NCBI GenBank assembly: GCA_965230295.1
Contig: OZ246001.1
Span: 1,056,001-1,120,000 of the forward strand
DNA: 64,000 nucleotides
Origin: Marinicella sp.
GTDB taxonomy: Bacteria > Pseudomonadota > Gammaproteobacteria > Xanthomonadales > Marinicellaceae
Direction of reading: 5' to 3'
Below, piece by piece: positions 1 through 8,570 of this stretch (position 1 is its first letter; each line of letters opens with the position of its first letter). The position numbers were made by a program, and so were the translations under genes. The notes beneath the pieces are model-generated. The model ran no database searches. It saw nothing but the letters and a program-made list of their open reading frames with translations, and was not told where the DNA came from.

Positions 1-1
1 A

Positions 2-880
2 AATAAAAACAACCTCAACAATTTCTTCATCGTTTCTTTCACCTTATTAATATTGGTTTCAGTGGTGGTCTTCGAAGCAGCACAACAACTGTATTACATC
101 CGCCGCTTTCAGATTTCTGAAGATGCCTATTTCACGCCTTTGCTATTGGGCCACACCAGAAAGTGGATCATTTGGATCATTTATGCCATACCGTTGTGGT
201 TCTATCTGAAAAGATTGGCTCAAGTCGAATGGATCTCAATCAAACACATCGCCCAGAGCATCGCATTGATCACGTTGTTGCTGTTCATGGTTTTACTCAC
301 CATGTGTGCGGTTGAAATACCACTGGGTGGCAACCCGATTGGTTCATTGCGTATGTGGCAAGAGTTCATGGTTTTTTACGCCTTTCAAAAAACCCCCATC
401 TACACCTTTGGTTATATCTTTTTGTCTCTGGTATTTTATTTATACCACAAAAATAACGAGCTCATCATTCAGGTGCTTAAGCTCAATCAGTTGAATCGTG
501 ATGATTTGAATTTGTTTTTTAAGAACAAGGTCAACCAAGATCAGAACACATCTGTTTTGAAGATAAAAGTGGGCAACAAATTCAAAATCATATCAATCGA
601 AGACATTGATTGGATTGAAGCGGATGATTATTGTGTCAACATCCACAGCCGCAACAGTGACGCCGTCTATTCCATGCGGGCCACGCTGAAATACTTAGAA
701 TCCATCTTGCCCGGTTCATTTTTACGGGTACACCGCAGTGCCATTGTCAACATGGATGGTGTAGAAGAATACAAAACCCAAGGATCAGGTTTGATCACCA
801 TGAAATCCGGAGATGAGATTGCTGTGGCTCAAAGCAAACTGAAAATGATCAATGACTTTTTCAGTCAGGAAAGTGGCTGA
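2..880 (+). CDS. Membrane-anchored LytTR-family transcriptional regulator (probably 5'-truncated by the window edge)
   Basis: About 4 N-terminal hydrophobic segments, then a C-terminal LytTR domain (IDWIEADDYCVNIH, FLRVHRSAIVN). No receiver domain. The frame is open from position 2, upstream of the called TTG at 53. Confidence 0.85.
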   Translation, partial: NKNNLNNFFIVSFTLLILVSVVVFEAAQQLYYIRRFQISEDAYFTPLLLGHTRKWIIWIIYAIPLWFYLKRLAQVEWISIKHIAQSIALITLLLFMVLLTMCAVEIPLGGNPIGSLRMWQEFMVFYAFQKTPIYTFGYIFLSLVFYLYHKNNELIIQVLKLNQLNRDDLNLFFKNKVNQDQNTSVLKIKVGNKFKIISIEDIDWIEADDYCVNIHSRNSDAVYSMRATLKYLESILPGSFLRVHRSAIVNMDGVEEYKTQGSGLITMKSGDEIAVAQSKLKMINDFFSQESG

Positions 881-917
881 CAGGATAAATATTCATCTTT
901 GACAAAAGCAAAATAAC

Positions 918-2273
918 TTATTGAGTGTCCAACAATTCACAGTTGATGTCCGGAGTGATGCGCTGTAAATCGATTTGACCAGCCTTTTCCTCTGGTTCAG
1001 TAAACACATAATCCAAAGTGGCGGCAAAACAACTGGAAAAGGTCAATACCACCGTCCCAACAGCTACTGAATCAACGGTGGCCGGATCATAGAACACCCC
1101 ACCTGAGGACCTGATAATGGGCATGGTGACTGATCCACCTTCTACTGGTCCTACACCAATAAACCAGCGGCTTTGGGTGGAACCAAACCCCAAAATTTCC
1201 GTAGCTGCATCGGCAGGTTGATCATTGTAGGTGAACCAAAACATCACCGCATCAAACCGATCATCACCTAAGGCAAAATCTAACACCATACCCTGTCCAT
1301 CCTGATTGGGGTCATACCAGGACCCCATTAATCCCGGGTTGATGTTGAATGTGGGTTCATCAACATCTAAATCGATGGCACGCAATGTGTTGGGATTCAA
1401 GTTGACCAACGCCGGTGGCCCAACAGCCACTGTTTCATTGACATAAAGTGTCCTGCCATCTGGACTGAGCCCAATGCCATTCAAAGCCGTAAATGTGGCA
1501 CTCAATGCTTCACCGTCCAAATGCCCTTGAGCCCCAGAACCAGCCAACACCTTCAATTCGCCATCCAGGCTCAGTTCAAACACCTGACGTTGACCATGAC
1601 TGGTGAAATACAGCCGGTCATTGCCATAAACGATGTGACCATTGCCACCGCCGGAATTGGCAAACAAACTGGCATTGCCTTGTGGATCCATTTTAATCAC
1701 GGAACCATTGTTGAAATTGACGGTATACAAGTTATCATCAGCATCAGCAACCAATCCATTGGGACACTGGAACAGCGGGCCGCTGGAAAATGTCACGCCC
1801 ACTCCATTGTCGATTCTACTGATGGTGTTGTTTCCACAATTGGCCACAAAAATCTGTCCAGCAGAATTCACAGCCACACCCACCGGGGCAGTGAAACCCT
1901 GGCTGGCAATGGTAGTGACCGTTCCCGAAGGTGTTACACGGCTGATGAAGTTACCTCTGATGTTGGCTTGAATGATGTTACCGGCACTGTCTATCGCCAT
2001 GCCTGATGCACCTTGAAAACCCGATGCAAATTGACTGACCTGTCCATTCGGTGTGATTCTGACTATGGTGGAGCCATTGGCATTGTTGAGCCTTAATCCA
2101 AAGTTGGCATTGAGTACATCACCGTTGGCTGCCACCAACAAATCGCCGCTGCCATTAAAACCAGTTGCAACCGTTCTGACTGTTGCCGCGTTTGCAGACA
2201 CCAGAAAGCCCATCATGACCATTAAAACCCAACCTCTTTTTTTGATTTTCATCTTCTGGTCTCCTTCATTCAC
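918..2273 (-). CDS. Secreted NHL/SMP-30-like beta-propeller protein with a ~140-aa C-terminal accessory domain
   Basis: Signal peptide (…VSANA), repeated PxGxAxDxxGNxY(V) blades, LAGSGAQGHLDG NHL motif and a C-terminal GSWYDPNQDGQG domain. The true start may be the downstream MKIKK. Confidence 0.8.
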   Translation of the reverse strand: MNEGDQKMKIKKRGWVLMVMMGFLVSANAATVRTVATGFNGSGDLLVAANGDVLNANFGLRLNNANGSTIVRITPNGQVSQFASGFQGASGMAIDSAGNIIQANIRGNFISRVTPSGTVTTIASQGFTAPVGVAVNSAGQIFVANCGNNTISRIDNGVGVTFSSGPLFQCPNGLVADADDNLYTVNFNNGSVIKMDPQGNASLFANSGGGNGHIVYGNDRLYFTSHGQRQVFELSLDGELKVLAGSGAQGHLDGEALSATFTALNGIGLSPDGRTLYVNETVAVGPPALVNLNPNTLRAIDLDVDEPTFNINPGLMGSWYDPNQDGQGMVLDFALGDDRFDAVMFWFTYNDQPADAATEILGFGSTQSRWFIGVGPVEGGSVTMPIIRSSGGVFYDPATVDSVAVGTVVLTFSSCFAATLDYVFTEPEEKAGQIDLQRITPDINCELLDTQ

Positions 2274-3633
2274 TCAGCAATGCTTCACACCAAATATCAG
2301 GTGTAATCCGTTGCAAAGCAATGGTTCCCGATTGCACTTCAGGCTCAGTAAACTCAAACGTCAACAAGGCTTCAAAGCAACTGAAAAATTCCACTTCAGC
2401 GGTACCAACCACCGCTGCGGATACGGCTGTGGGATCATTAAAAACACCACTGGCTGTACGAATCACTGACATTTCTACAGTGGCACCCTGGACAGGGCCA
2501 ATGGCTGTGAACCAACGGCTTTGGGTTGAGCCAAAGCCTGTCAGTTCCGTTTCCGGGTCTGCCGGCTCATCGTTGTAGGTAAACCAATACATCACCGCAT
2601 CAAACCGATCTGTACCCACCGCAAAATCAAACACCACACCTTGACCGTCCTGACTGGGGTCAAACCATGAACCTGCCAGACCATAATTGATTTCAAAATC
2701 ATTTGGATTGCCTGATGTTTCTAAGGCTATTTTTCTGATTGGAATTTGGTTCAAATTAAAATCTGATGAACCGGTGGCATACACTGCACCGGTGTTGTGA
2801 TCCAAACCCAAGCCATTGGGCCGCGAAATGGTGGCCACATCTGCAGGCCCATCTTCGTTGCCATCAACGCCTGTCCCGGCATAGGTTTCTATCTGTCCAT
2901 TCACATCGATGCGATACACTTTATTGGTTGTCCGACCACTGACATAATAAAATCCATCCAGGTACTCCAAATGAGATCCAGCACCTGGTATGTCTGCGAA
3001 CAATGAACTGTTGCCGGCATTATCAACCCGAAAGATCTGTCCGTTTTGCCACATCAACACGTAAAAAGCATTGTCATGGCCGATGATGAGCCCATTGGCA
3101 CAAGTGATGCCAGGTAAGGTCGCGATGGTTTGCCTGCTGCCATTGACCAGTTGGCTTAACCGATTGGCACTGCATTCAACCACGTATAAATTATCACTGG
3201 TATCAACCGTTAACCCCACGGGCCCAGATAATCCACTGTTGATGATGGTTTGGTTACCGTTGGGTGCAATTCTGTACACATCTCCTCCAGAAAACGTGGC
3301 CACATATAAATTACCATTGGAATCCATGGTCACTCCTGATGGCGCAGCTGATAAGCCAGAAGAAAAAACCGAAGCATTGCCCTCAGCGGTAATTTTCACT
3401 ACGGTGGAACCATTGGCAAAACTCGGGTTACCAAAATCAGTGATATAAACATCTCCATTATCAGCCACGTAAATATCACCATTGGCCCGAACTTCAGCAA
3501 TGGTTGATACCACCAATTCCTGGCTTTCCTGAGCATGAACCAAGCCACTGCAGAACACCCACAACAGCCAGCTGTGTTTCAGACCAGTTGATATTATTTT
3601 GAGTTGTTTAGCGACAACACTCCACTTTTTCAT
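2266..3633 (-). CDS. Secreted NHL/SMP-30-like beta-propeller protein, tandem paralog of 918..2273
   Basis: Signal peptide (…LVHA), PSGVTMDSNGNLYV and PVGLTVDTSDNLYV blades, YAGTGVDGNEDG and the same C-terminal domain. Overlaps the next gene by 8 nt. Confidence 0.8.
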   Translation of the reverse strand: MKKWSVVAKQLKIISTGLKHSWLLWVFCSGLVHAQESQELVVSTIAEVRANGDIYVADNGDVYITDFGNPSFANGSTVVKITAEGNASVFSSGLSAAPSGVTMDSNGNLYVATFSGGDVYRIAPNGNQTIINSGLSGPVGLTVDTSDNLYVVECSANRLSQLVNGSRQTIATLPGITCANGLIIGHDNAFYVLMWQNGQIFRVDNAGNSSLFADIPGAGSHLEYLDGFYYVSGRTTNKVYRIDVNGQIETYAGTGVDGNEDGPADVATISRPNGLGLDHNTGAVYATGSSDFNLNQIPIRKIALETSGNPNDFEINYGLAGSWFDPSQDGQGVVFDFAVGTDRFDAVMYWFTYNDEPADPETELTGFGSTQSRWFTAIGPVQGATVEMSVIRTASGVFNDPTAVSAAVVGTAEVEFFSCFEALLTFEFTEPEVQSGTIALQRITPDIWCEALLSE

Positions 3634-3698
3634 TGATCACCTTATTTGATTGGAACTTCCCATAACATAGCAAAGACTACGAGTTTTTGGGTGCGCTA

Positions 3699-3769
3699 TG
3701 CAGCGGAAGGATTGACTGTTGCAGGCAGTTTAATAAAGTTACGTCGAATGACTGTTATTTTGCAGTGAA
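3699..3769 (-). promoter_or_regulatory. Candidate LytTR-type operator: four ~21-bp-phased imperfect 9-mers upstream of the NHL operon
   Basis: TGCAGCGGA (3699), TGCAGGCAG (3720), TACGTCGAA (3740), TGCAGTGAA (3761). A minus-strand -10-like TATGTT lies at 3669-3664. Confidence 0.35.
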
Positions 3770-3773
3770 CAAA

Positions 3774-4319
3774 TCATGTGGTCTTAGGATTTTTAATTTT
3801 GTCTGTGTTGTGCAGGTATTTAGATTGCACCTTTAACATGTCAAGTGCCAAATCAAAAGCCATTGAACCACCTTTCAGTAATGCAGGCTTTGCTGCATTG
3901 TGGTATTCGCTGAGGTGGCTGATCTCGGCATCCAACTGTTTTTTGAGGTTACTCAATAGCAGAGCTTGTTGCCCTTTGCTCAATAAATCTAAAAACGACA
4001 ACTTCACCAATATGATCGATGGGCTATTGATTAACTGACTGCTTTCAATGTCACCCATCATCCATGCAATTAAAACTTGCCTGCCTGACTCATGGATTTT
4101 GAATACTTTTTTGTTTCTGACATGTTTGGATTGTTCAATCGCTTCAATGTATCCCAACTTTGCTAATTTATTGATGGCAGGATAAATCGAACCTGGTGAA
4201 TGGCTTAACAAAGACATGGGGGTATGTTGTATCACCTGGCACAGGTCATATCGTGATTGGGGTTTGTTATTGATCAGGCCAAGCAGCAAGTAATTCAAAT
4301 GTGTTAATTGGTTTGACAT
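3774..4319 (-). CDS. PadR-family transcriptional regulator
   Basis: LLLGLI…YDL…SPGSIYPAINKL…KKVFKIHESGRQ winged HTH plus C-terminal helices. Divergent from a DoxX gene. Confidence 0.85.
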   Translation of the reverse strand: MSNQLTHLNYLLLGLINNKPQSRYDLCQVIQHTPMSLLSHSPGSIYPAINKLAKLGYIEAIEQSKHVRNKKVFKIHESGRQVLIAWMMGDIESSQLINSPSIILVKLSFLDLLSKGQQALLLSNLKKQLDAEISHLSEYHNAAKPALLKGGSMAFDLALDMLKVQSKYLHNTDKIKNPKTT

Positions 4320-4374
4320 TACGATTCGTAATATAGTAAATTAGTATCAACTGATGAGTATATAAGATTTTCTG

Positions 4375-4752
4375 ATGCATAATACATATAAAAACGTCAT
4401 AGGCTGGATCATCTCCGCATTGTTGGCATTAAGCTTTCTATTTGCCGGATACCATAAAATTCCACCTGGCACAGGGATGGTCAAAAGGTTTGAAGCATGG
4501 GGCTATTCTGCGGACTTCGCTTTATTGATTGGGGTTCTAGAACTGATATCTGGCATGTTGGTTCTGGTTCCAAAATTAGCAGCTTATGGTGGGTTCTTTA
4601 TTGTGGTATTGATGGCCGGGGCCACCTACACCCACATGAGCACAGGAATTGGCTCACCGATGTTTGCCATCATATACTTGGTTTTGGCATTGGTATTGAT
4701 TTATCTGCGCAAGGAACAAACCTTATTTTTGAGCGGGTTGTTTAAAAAATAA
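4375..4752 (+). CDS. DoxX-family membrane protein
   Basis: Four TM segments; FLFAGYHK…F..WGY…IGVLELISG…MAGATYTH pattern. Confidence 0.85.
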   Translation: MHNTYKNVIGWIISALLALSFLFAGYHKIPPGTGMVKRFEAWGYSADFALLIGVLELISGMLVLVPKLAAYGGFFIVVLMAGATYTHMSTGIGSPMFAIIYLVLALVLIYLRKEQTLFLSGLFKK

Positions 4753-4817
4753 AGCATGACCTGTACAAAGATATGCTTAAAATGCAGATAATGATCTCAT
4801 GGAATGCCTGATACGTG

Positions 4818-5528
4818 TCACAAGCGATCCAGGTAGGCCTGACCGCCTAATTGTTTGATTTGCCTTTGAATCCATTGCGCCCGTTGTCGCATGTAATCAG
4901 AAGGTGGTTGGATGACATAAGATTTTGGCGCTGGCAAACGAGCAGCCAACAAAGCCGATTGGTAGGCATTCAATGCCTCAGCAGGCACGCCAAAGATACT
5001 TTGTGCGGCCGCTTCAGCCCCATAAACACCATCACCAAATTCAACCACATTCAAATACAATTCTAAAATTCGACGTTTTGGAATCAGAGTCTCGATGGCA
5101 GCAGTGAAATAAACTTCAAGTCCTTTACGAACCCAGCTTCGCCCGGACCATAAGAACAGGTTCTTGGCCAACTGCTGACTGATGGTGCTGGCCCCTCGCA
5201 TTTTTTTACCGGCTTTGCTCTCCTCAATCACTTGTTGAATCGCGGCCACATCAAAGCCCCAGTGGTCAGCAAACTTTTGATCCTCAGAAGCGATCACTGA
5301 CATCGACAAGTGAGGTGAGATAATCGCCATATCACGCCATACGTACTGTACCTCCATGTGTTCATTGGCAGTCTGATAACGGTGTTGAACCATGAATGCT
5401 GTGGTGGGCGGGTTAAACCAACGCAATGCCAATACTGCAGTTAAAGTCACGACGAACCACAGCAAGGAAAGCAACAAAATCCAACGCCTTATCCTGGCAA
5501 AAAAAGTACGTTTCTTTTTTTTAGTCAT
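4818..5528 (-). CDS. mtgA: Monofunctional peptidoglycan transglycosylase
   Basis: GT51 motifs SEDQKFADHWGFD, GASTISQQLAKNLFL, RKGLE and YLNVVEFG; N-terminal TM. Confidence 0.95.
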   Translation of the reverse strand: MTKKKKRTFFARIRRWILLLSLLWFVVTLTAVLALRWFNPPTTAFMVQHRYQTANEHMEVQYVWRDMAIISPHLSMSVIASEDQKFADHWGFDVAAIQQVIEESKAGKKMRGASTISQQLAKNLFLWSGRSWVRKGLEVYFTAAIETLIPKRRILELYLNVVEFGDGVYGAEAAAQSIFGVPAEALNAYQSALLAARLPAPKSYVIQPPSDYMRQRAQWIQRQIKQLGGQAYLDRL

Positions 5529-5557
5529 TGCCTCAAGCTGATTTTGGACTCAGTCAG

Positions 5558-6376
5558 TTATGGCTTTTCAGGAATGATCAATTGAGGATCCAGACGCAAA
5601 GATGTACCAATGTTCAGTCGCCAATCCAAATGTGGTCCTGTGGCACGACCTGTGGCGCCGATTTCACCAATCTTCTGCCCTTGTTCCAACACCTGTCCTT
5701 CTTCCACATTGACTTGAGACAAATGTAAGTACGTGGTGTTCAAACCATAACCATGGTCAATGATGATGGTTCCTCCGGTATAGTAGTGATCCGTGACTGC
5801 CATGGTGACAACACCACTGGCCGGTGCCATGACTGGCGTACCGGTGACATTGGCGATGTCCATGCCGTAGTGCGGTCGTTTCGGTTCTCCATTGAGGATG
5901 CGCCTGGAACCATAAACACCACTGACTCGACCCTCTGCAGGCCAGATAAATGATTCGAGGAAAGCCTCCTGTTCCGTCCACACAGCACGAGCGGCTTTGA
6001 CTTGAGCCGTTTCTTTGGCAATGCGGGCCAAACGATCTGCCGGCGGGTTCACTTTGGATGGAGGCAGTCCGTCTATGCGTTCGGTGGGAAATGATCGGGC
6101 TTTTACCGGCACCGTGGTTTTATAAGTGGTGCCTTGGTGGGTGATGTCCAAAACCTTGTCTTTATCGTCAAAACGCCCAAAGCCAAATATAAAATAACCC
6201 TCTGCGGTCACAGCCACAGGTTGTTGGTTTATTTTAACCAATGAGCCCGGGTTGGTTTTTCCAATCAACAAAGCACCCTGAACAGGCTTGCCTTTGAGGT
6301 TCAAATAATACGCTTCAGACCAAACCGAACTGGTCCAACACAGACAGACAAAAATCACATATTTCATGGCTTTCAT
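5558..6376 (-). CDS. M23-family metallopeptidase
   Basis: HYGMDIA (HxxxD), YLHLS and GPHLDW motifs; signal peptide. Confidence 0.9.
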   Translation of the reverse strand: MKAMKYVIFVCLCWTSSVWSEAYYLNLKGKPVQGALLIGKTNPGSLVKINQQPVAVTAEGYFIFGFGRFDDKDKVLDITHQGTTYKTTVPVKARSFPTERIDGLPPSKVNPPADRLARIAKETAQVKAARAVWTEQEAFLESFIWPAEGRVSGVYGSRRILNGEPKRPHYGMDIANVTGTPVMAPASGVVTMAVTDHYYTGGTIIIDHGYGLNTTYLHLSQVNVEEGQVLEQGQKIGEIGATGRATGPHLDWRLNIGTSLRLDPQLIIPEKP

Positions 6377-6422
6377 TTATAATAAAAATCATATTCTAAC
6401 ACCGAAGCGAACAGACAAAGTC

Positions 6423-7073
6423 ATGAATTTGATTGCCATAGAAACCGCCACCGAAAACTGCTCAGTGGCCCTTTTACACGCGGACCAAATCACCCATCGA
6501 TCTGTCGTGGCGCCACAAAAACATGCTGAGTTGGTATTGGGGTACTTAGATGAGTTACTGGCTGAACAAAACCTCAAAAAGTCACAACTTGATGGCATTG
6601 TCTTTGGTCAAGGCCCGGGTGCTTTTACTGGCGTGCGCATCGCCATGTCTATTGTGCAAGGCCTGGCGCTGGCTTGGGAAGTGCCGGTGATGGCGGTCTC
6701 TACTTTAGAAAACATGGCTCAGCATATCTTCTTAACAACAACACATGATACCTGCAAATTGTTGGTTGCCAATGATGCCAGGATGGGTGAAGTCTATTGG
6801 GCGACTTTTCAAATCAAAGACGGCGTGATTAACCGCTTATCTGAAGATGCACTGGCGGCACCTGAGGCCATTGACACTTCAGACTTCGACGTGTGTGCTG
6901 GCAGTGCCTTTAAGTCAATGGTGACGGCCCACTCGGAGGCAACAATTATGGCCGATGTATTGCCTGAGGCCACCACTTTGCTAACAATGGCAGAACATAA
7001 CTTCTCTCAGATGGCTAAAGACATCAACGAGATCAAACCCTCATACATCCGGGAAAAAGTTGTTTTCAACTGA
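6423..7073 (+). CDS. tsaB: tRNA threonylcarbamoyladenosine biosynthesis protein TsaB
   Basis: MNLIAIETAT…GPGAFTGVRI…DARMGEVY. Start reassigned to the ATG at 6423. Confidence 0.93.
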   Translation: MNLIAIETATENCSVALLHADQITHRSVVAPQKHAELVLGYLDELLAEQNLKKSQLDGIVFGQGPGAFTGVRIAMSIVQGLALAWEVPVMAVSTLENMAQHIFLTTTHDTCKLLVANDARMGEVYWATFQIKDGVINRLSEDALAAPEAIDTSDFDVCAGSAFKSMVTAHSEATIMADVLPEATTLLTMAEHNFSQMAKDINEIKPSYIREKVVFN

Positions 7074-7090
7074 ACAATGACAGCTGTCAA

Positions 7091-8452
7091 TCAATTGATC
7101 AGCAACCAGGTTCCAAAGGCCAAGAAAGACACATAACCGACAATGTCAGTGACCGTGGTCAGGACCACACCACCTGCAATGGCTGGATCAATACTCATGC
7201 GTCTGAGAATTACGGGAATCACCACACCTGCCAAAGCGCCAGCCACCAGGTTCACTGCCAAAGCCATCGCAATCACAATACTGATGTCCCAATTCTTGAA
7301 CCACAAAGCCGTCAACCCGGCCAATACAGCCGCCCACAGAAAACTGTTGATCACCCCAATCATGAACTCTCGACTGAGTAAATCTTTGATGTTACCACTG
7401 CCCACTTGGCCGGTGGCCATACCACGAATCATCAGGGTCAGGGTTTGTGATCCGGCGATGCCACCCATGGACGCCACCACTGGCATCAATATGGCCAATG
7501 CCGTTACTTGTTGTAAAGTGTCCTCGAAAAAGCCAATCGCAAAGGCCGCCAATAACACAGTCAGTAAATTAATACCTAACCAAATGGCTCGGCGTTTTGA
7601 TGATGTCAGAATGGGTGCAAACATGTCACCTTCTTCATTCAATCCAGCCATACGCATCACCGAACGCTCGGCTTCGTCCCTGATCACATCAACGATGTCA
7701 TCAATGGTGATGCGTCCAATCAAAATGTTCTTGTCATCGACCACAGGTGCTGAAATCCAGTCATTGTGTTCAAAGTCCTGTGCCACTTCACTGGCTGGTG
7801 TTTTATCCAGGATCGCAGGAGCGTCTTCATCTATGATGTCTTTGATCGGTGTTTTTGGATCGCTGGTGAGCATCAGTTCCAAAGGTACACGCCCTTTGTA
7901 ATGACCTTTACGACCCACCACAAACAAATCGCCAATCGGTTCCGGGATGGCATCACGAAATTGCATGTAACGCATCACCACTTCAATACTGACATCTGAA
8001 CGAACCGTCAGCACATCGGGATTCATTAAACCACCAGCAGAATCCTCATCATAAGACAGCACACGCTTGAGCAATTCCCTGGAAGCTTTGTCCATCGATA
8101 ACACGAGTTGGTTGGATGCTTCTTCAGGTAAATCGACAATGATGTCAGCCATGTCGTCAAGATCAAGGTCTCGAGTGGCCTCCACCAGCTGTTCAGTATC
8201 CATACTTTCGATCAGGTTGTCACGAACCTCATCATGCAGTGAAACCAAGACTTCACCTTGGGTGGCTTCATCAACCAATTCCCACACCGCTCGTCGCTTG
8301 TCTCCTGGTAGGGATTCCAAGAACAAAGCCACCTCTGCACCCGGGATGCCATTAACAATGCGCGACACGGCATTCATGCGCTCGTCATTCAAAGCGTCAG
8401 TCAGTGCCGAGATGTCTTTTTCTGTGGCTTCATTGGGTACTGATTCAACCAT
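7091..8452 (-). CDS. mgtE: Magnesium transporter MgtE
   Basis: Acidic N-domain, CBS pair (SAGGLM…GRITIDD), TM domain with MGGIAGSQ and DPAIAGGVVLTTVTD. Confidence 0.95.
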   Translation of the reverse strand: MVESVPNEATEKDISALTDALNDERMNAVSRIVNGIPGAEVALFLESLPGDKRRAVWELVDEATQGEVLVSLHDEVRDNLIESMDTEQLVEATRDLDLDDMADIIVDLPEEASNQLVLSMDKASRELLKRVLSYDEDSAGGLMNPDVLTVRSDVSIEVVMRYMQFRDAIPEPIGDLFVVGRKGHYKGRVPLELMLTSDPKTPIKDIIDEDAPAILDKTPASEVAQDFEHNDWISAPVVDDKNILIGRITIDDIVDVIRDEAERSVMRMAGLNEEGDMFAPILTSSKRRAIWLGINLLTVLLAAFAIGFFEDTLQQVTALAILMPVVASMGGIAGSQTLTLMIRGMATGQVGSGNIKDLLSREFMIGVINSFLWAAVLAGLTALWFKNWDISIVIAMALAVNLVAGALAGVVIPVILRRMSIDPAIAGGVVLTTVTDIVGYVSFLAFGTWLLIN

Positions 8453-8570
8453 GTGAAATCCTGATTACCATTCGGAGTTAACAAAAATCTGATTTTATTG
8501 TAAAGGAATGCGGCAGCTTAAGTAAAACGAATACCCAAACTTTAGAGAAATTTTACCTTATTTTTATATG

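Noticed and set aside
7143-7901. Long antisense ORFs (252 aa here; also 44186..44674, 1521..2006 and others)
   Set aside because: They are shadows of well-supported genes on the opposite strand and carry no recognisable motifs.
8453-8570. Mg2+ riboswitch upstream of mgtE
   Set aside because: Only 118 nt, AT-rich, and no M-box-like structure is visible.
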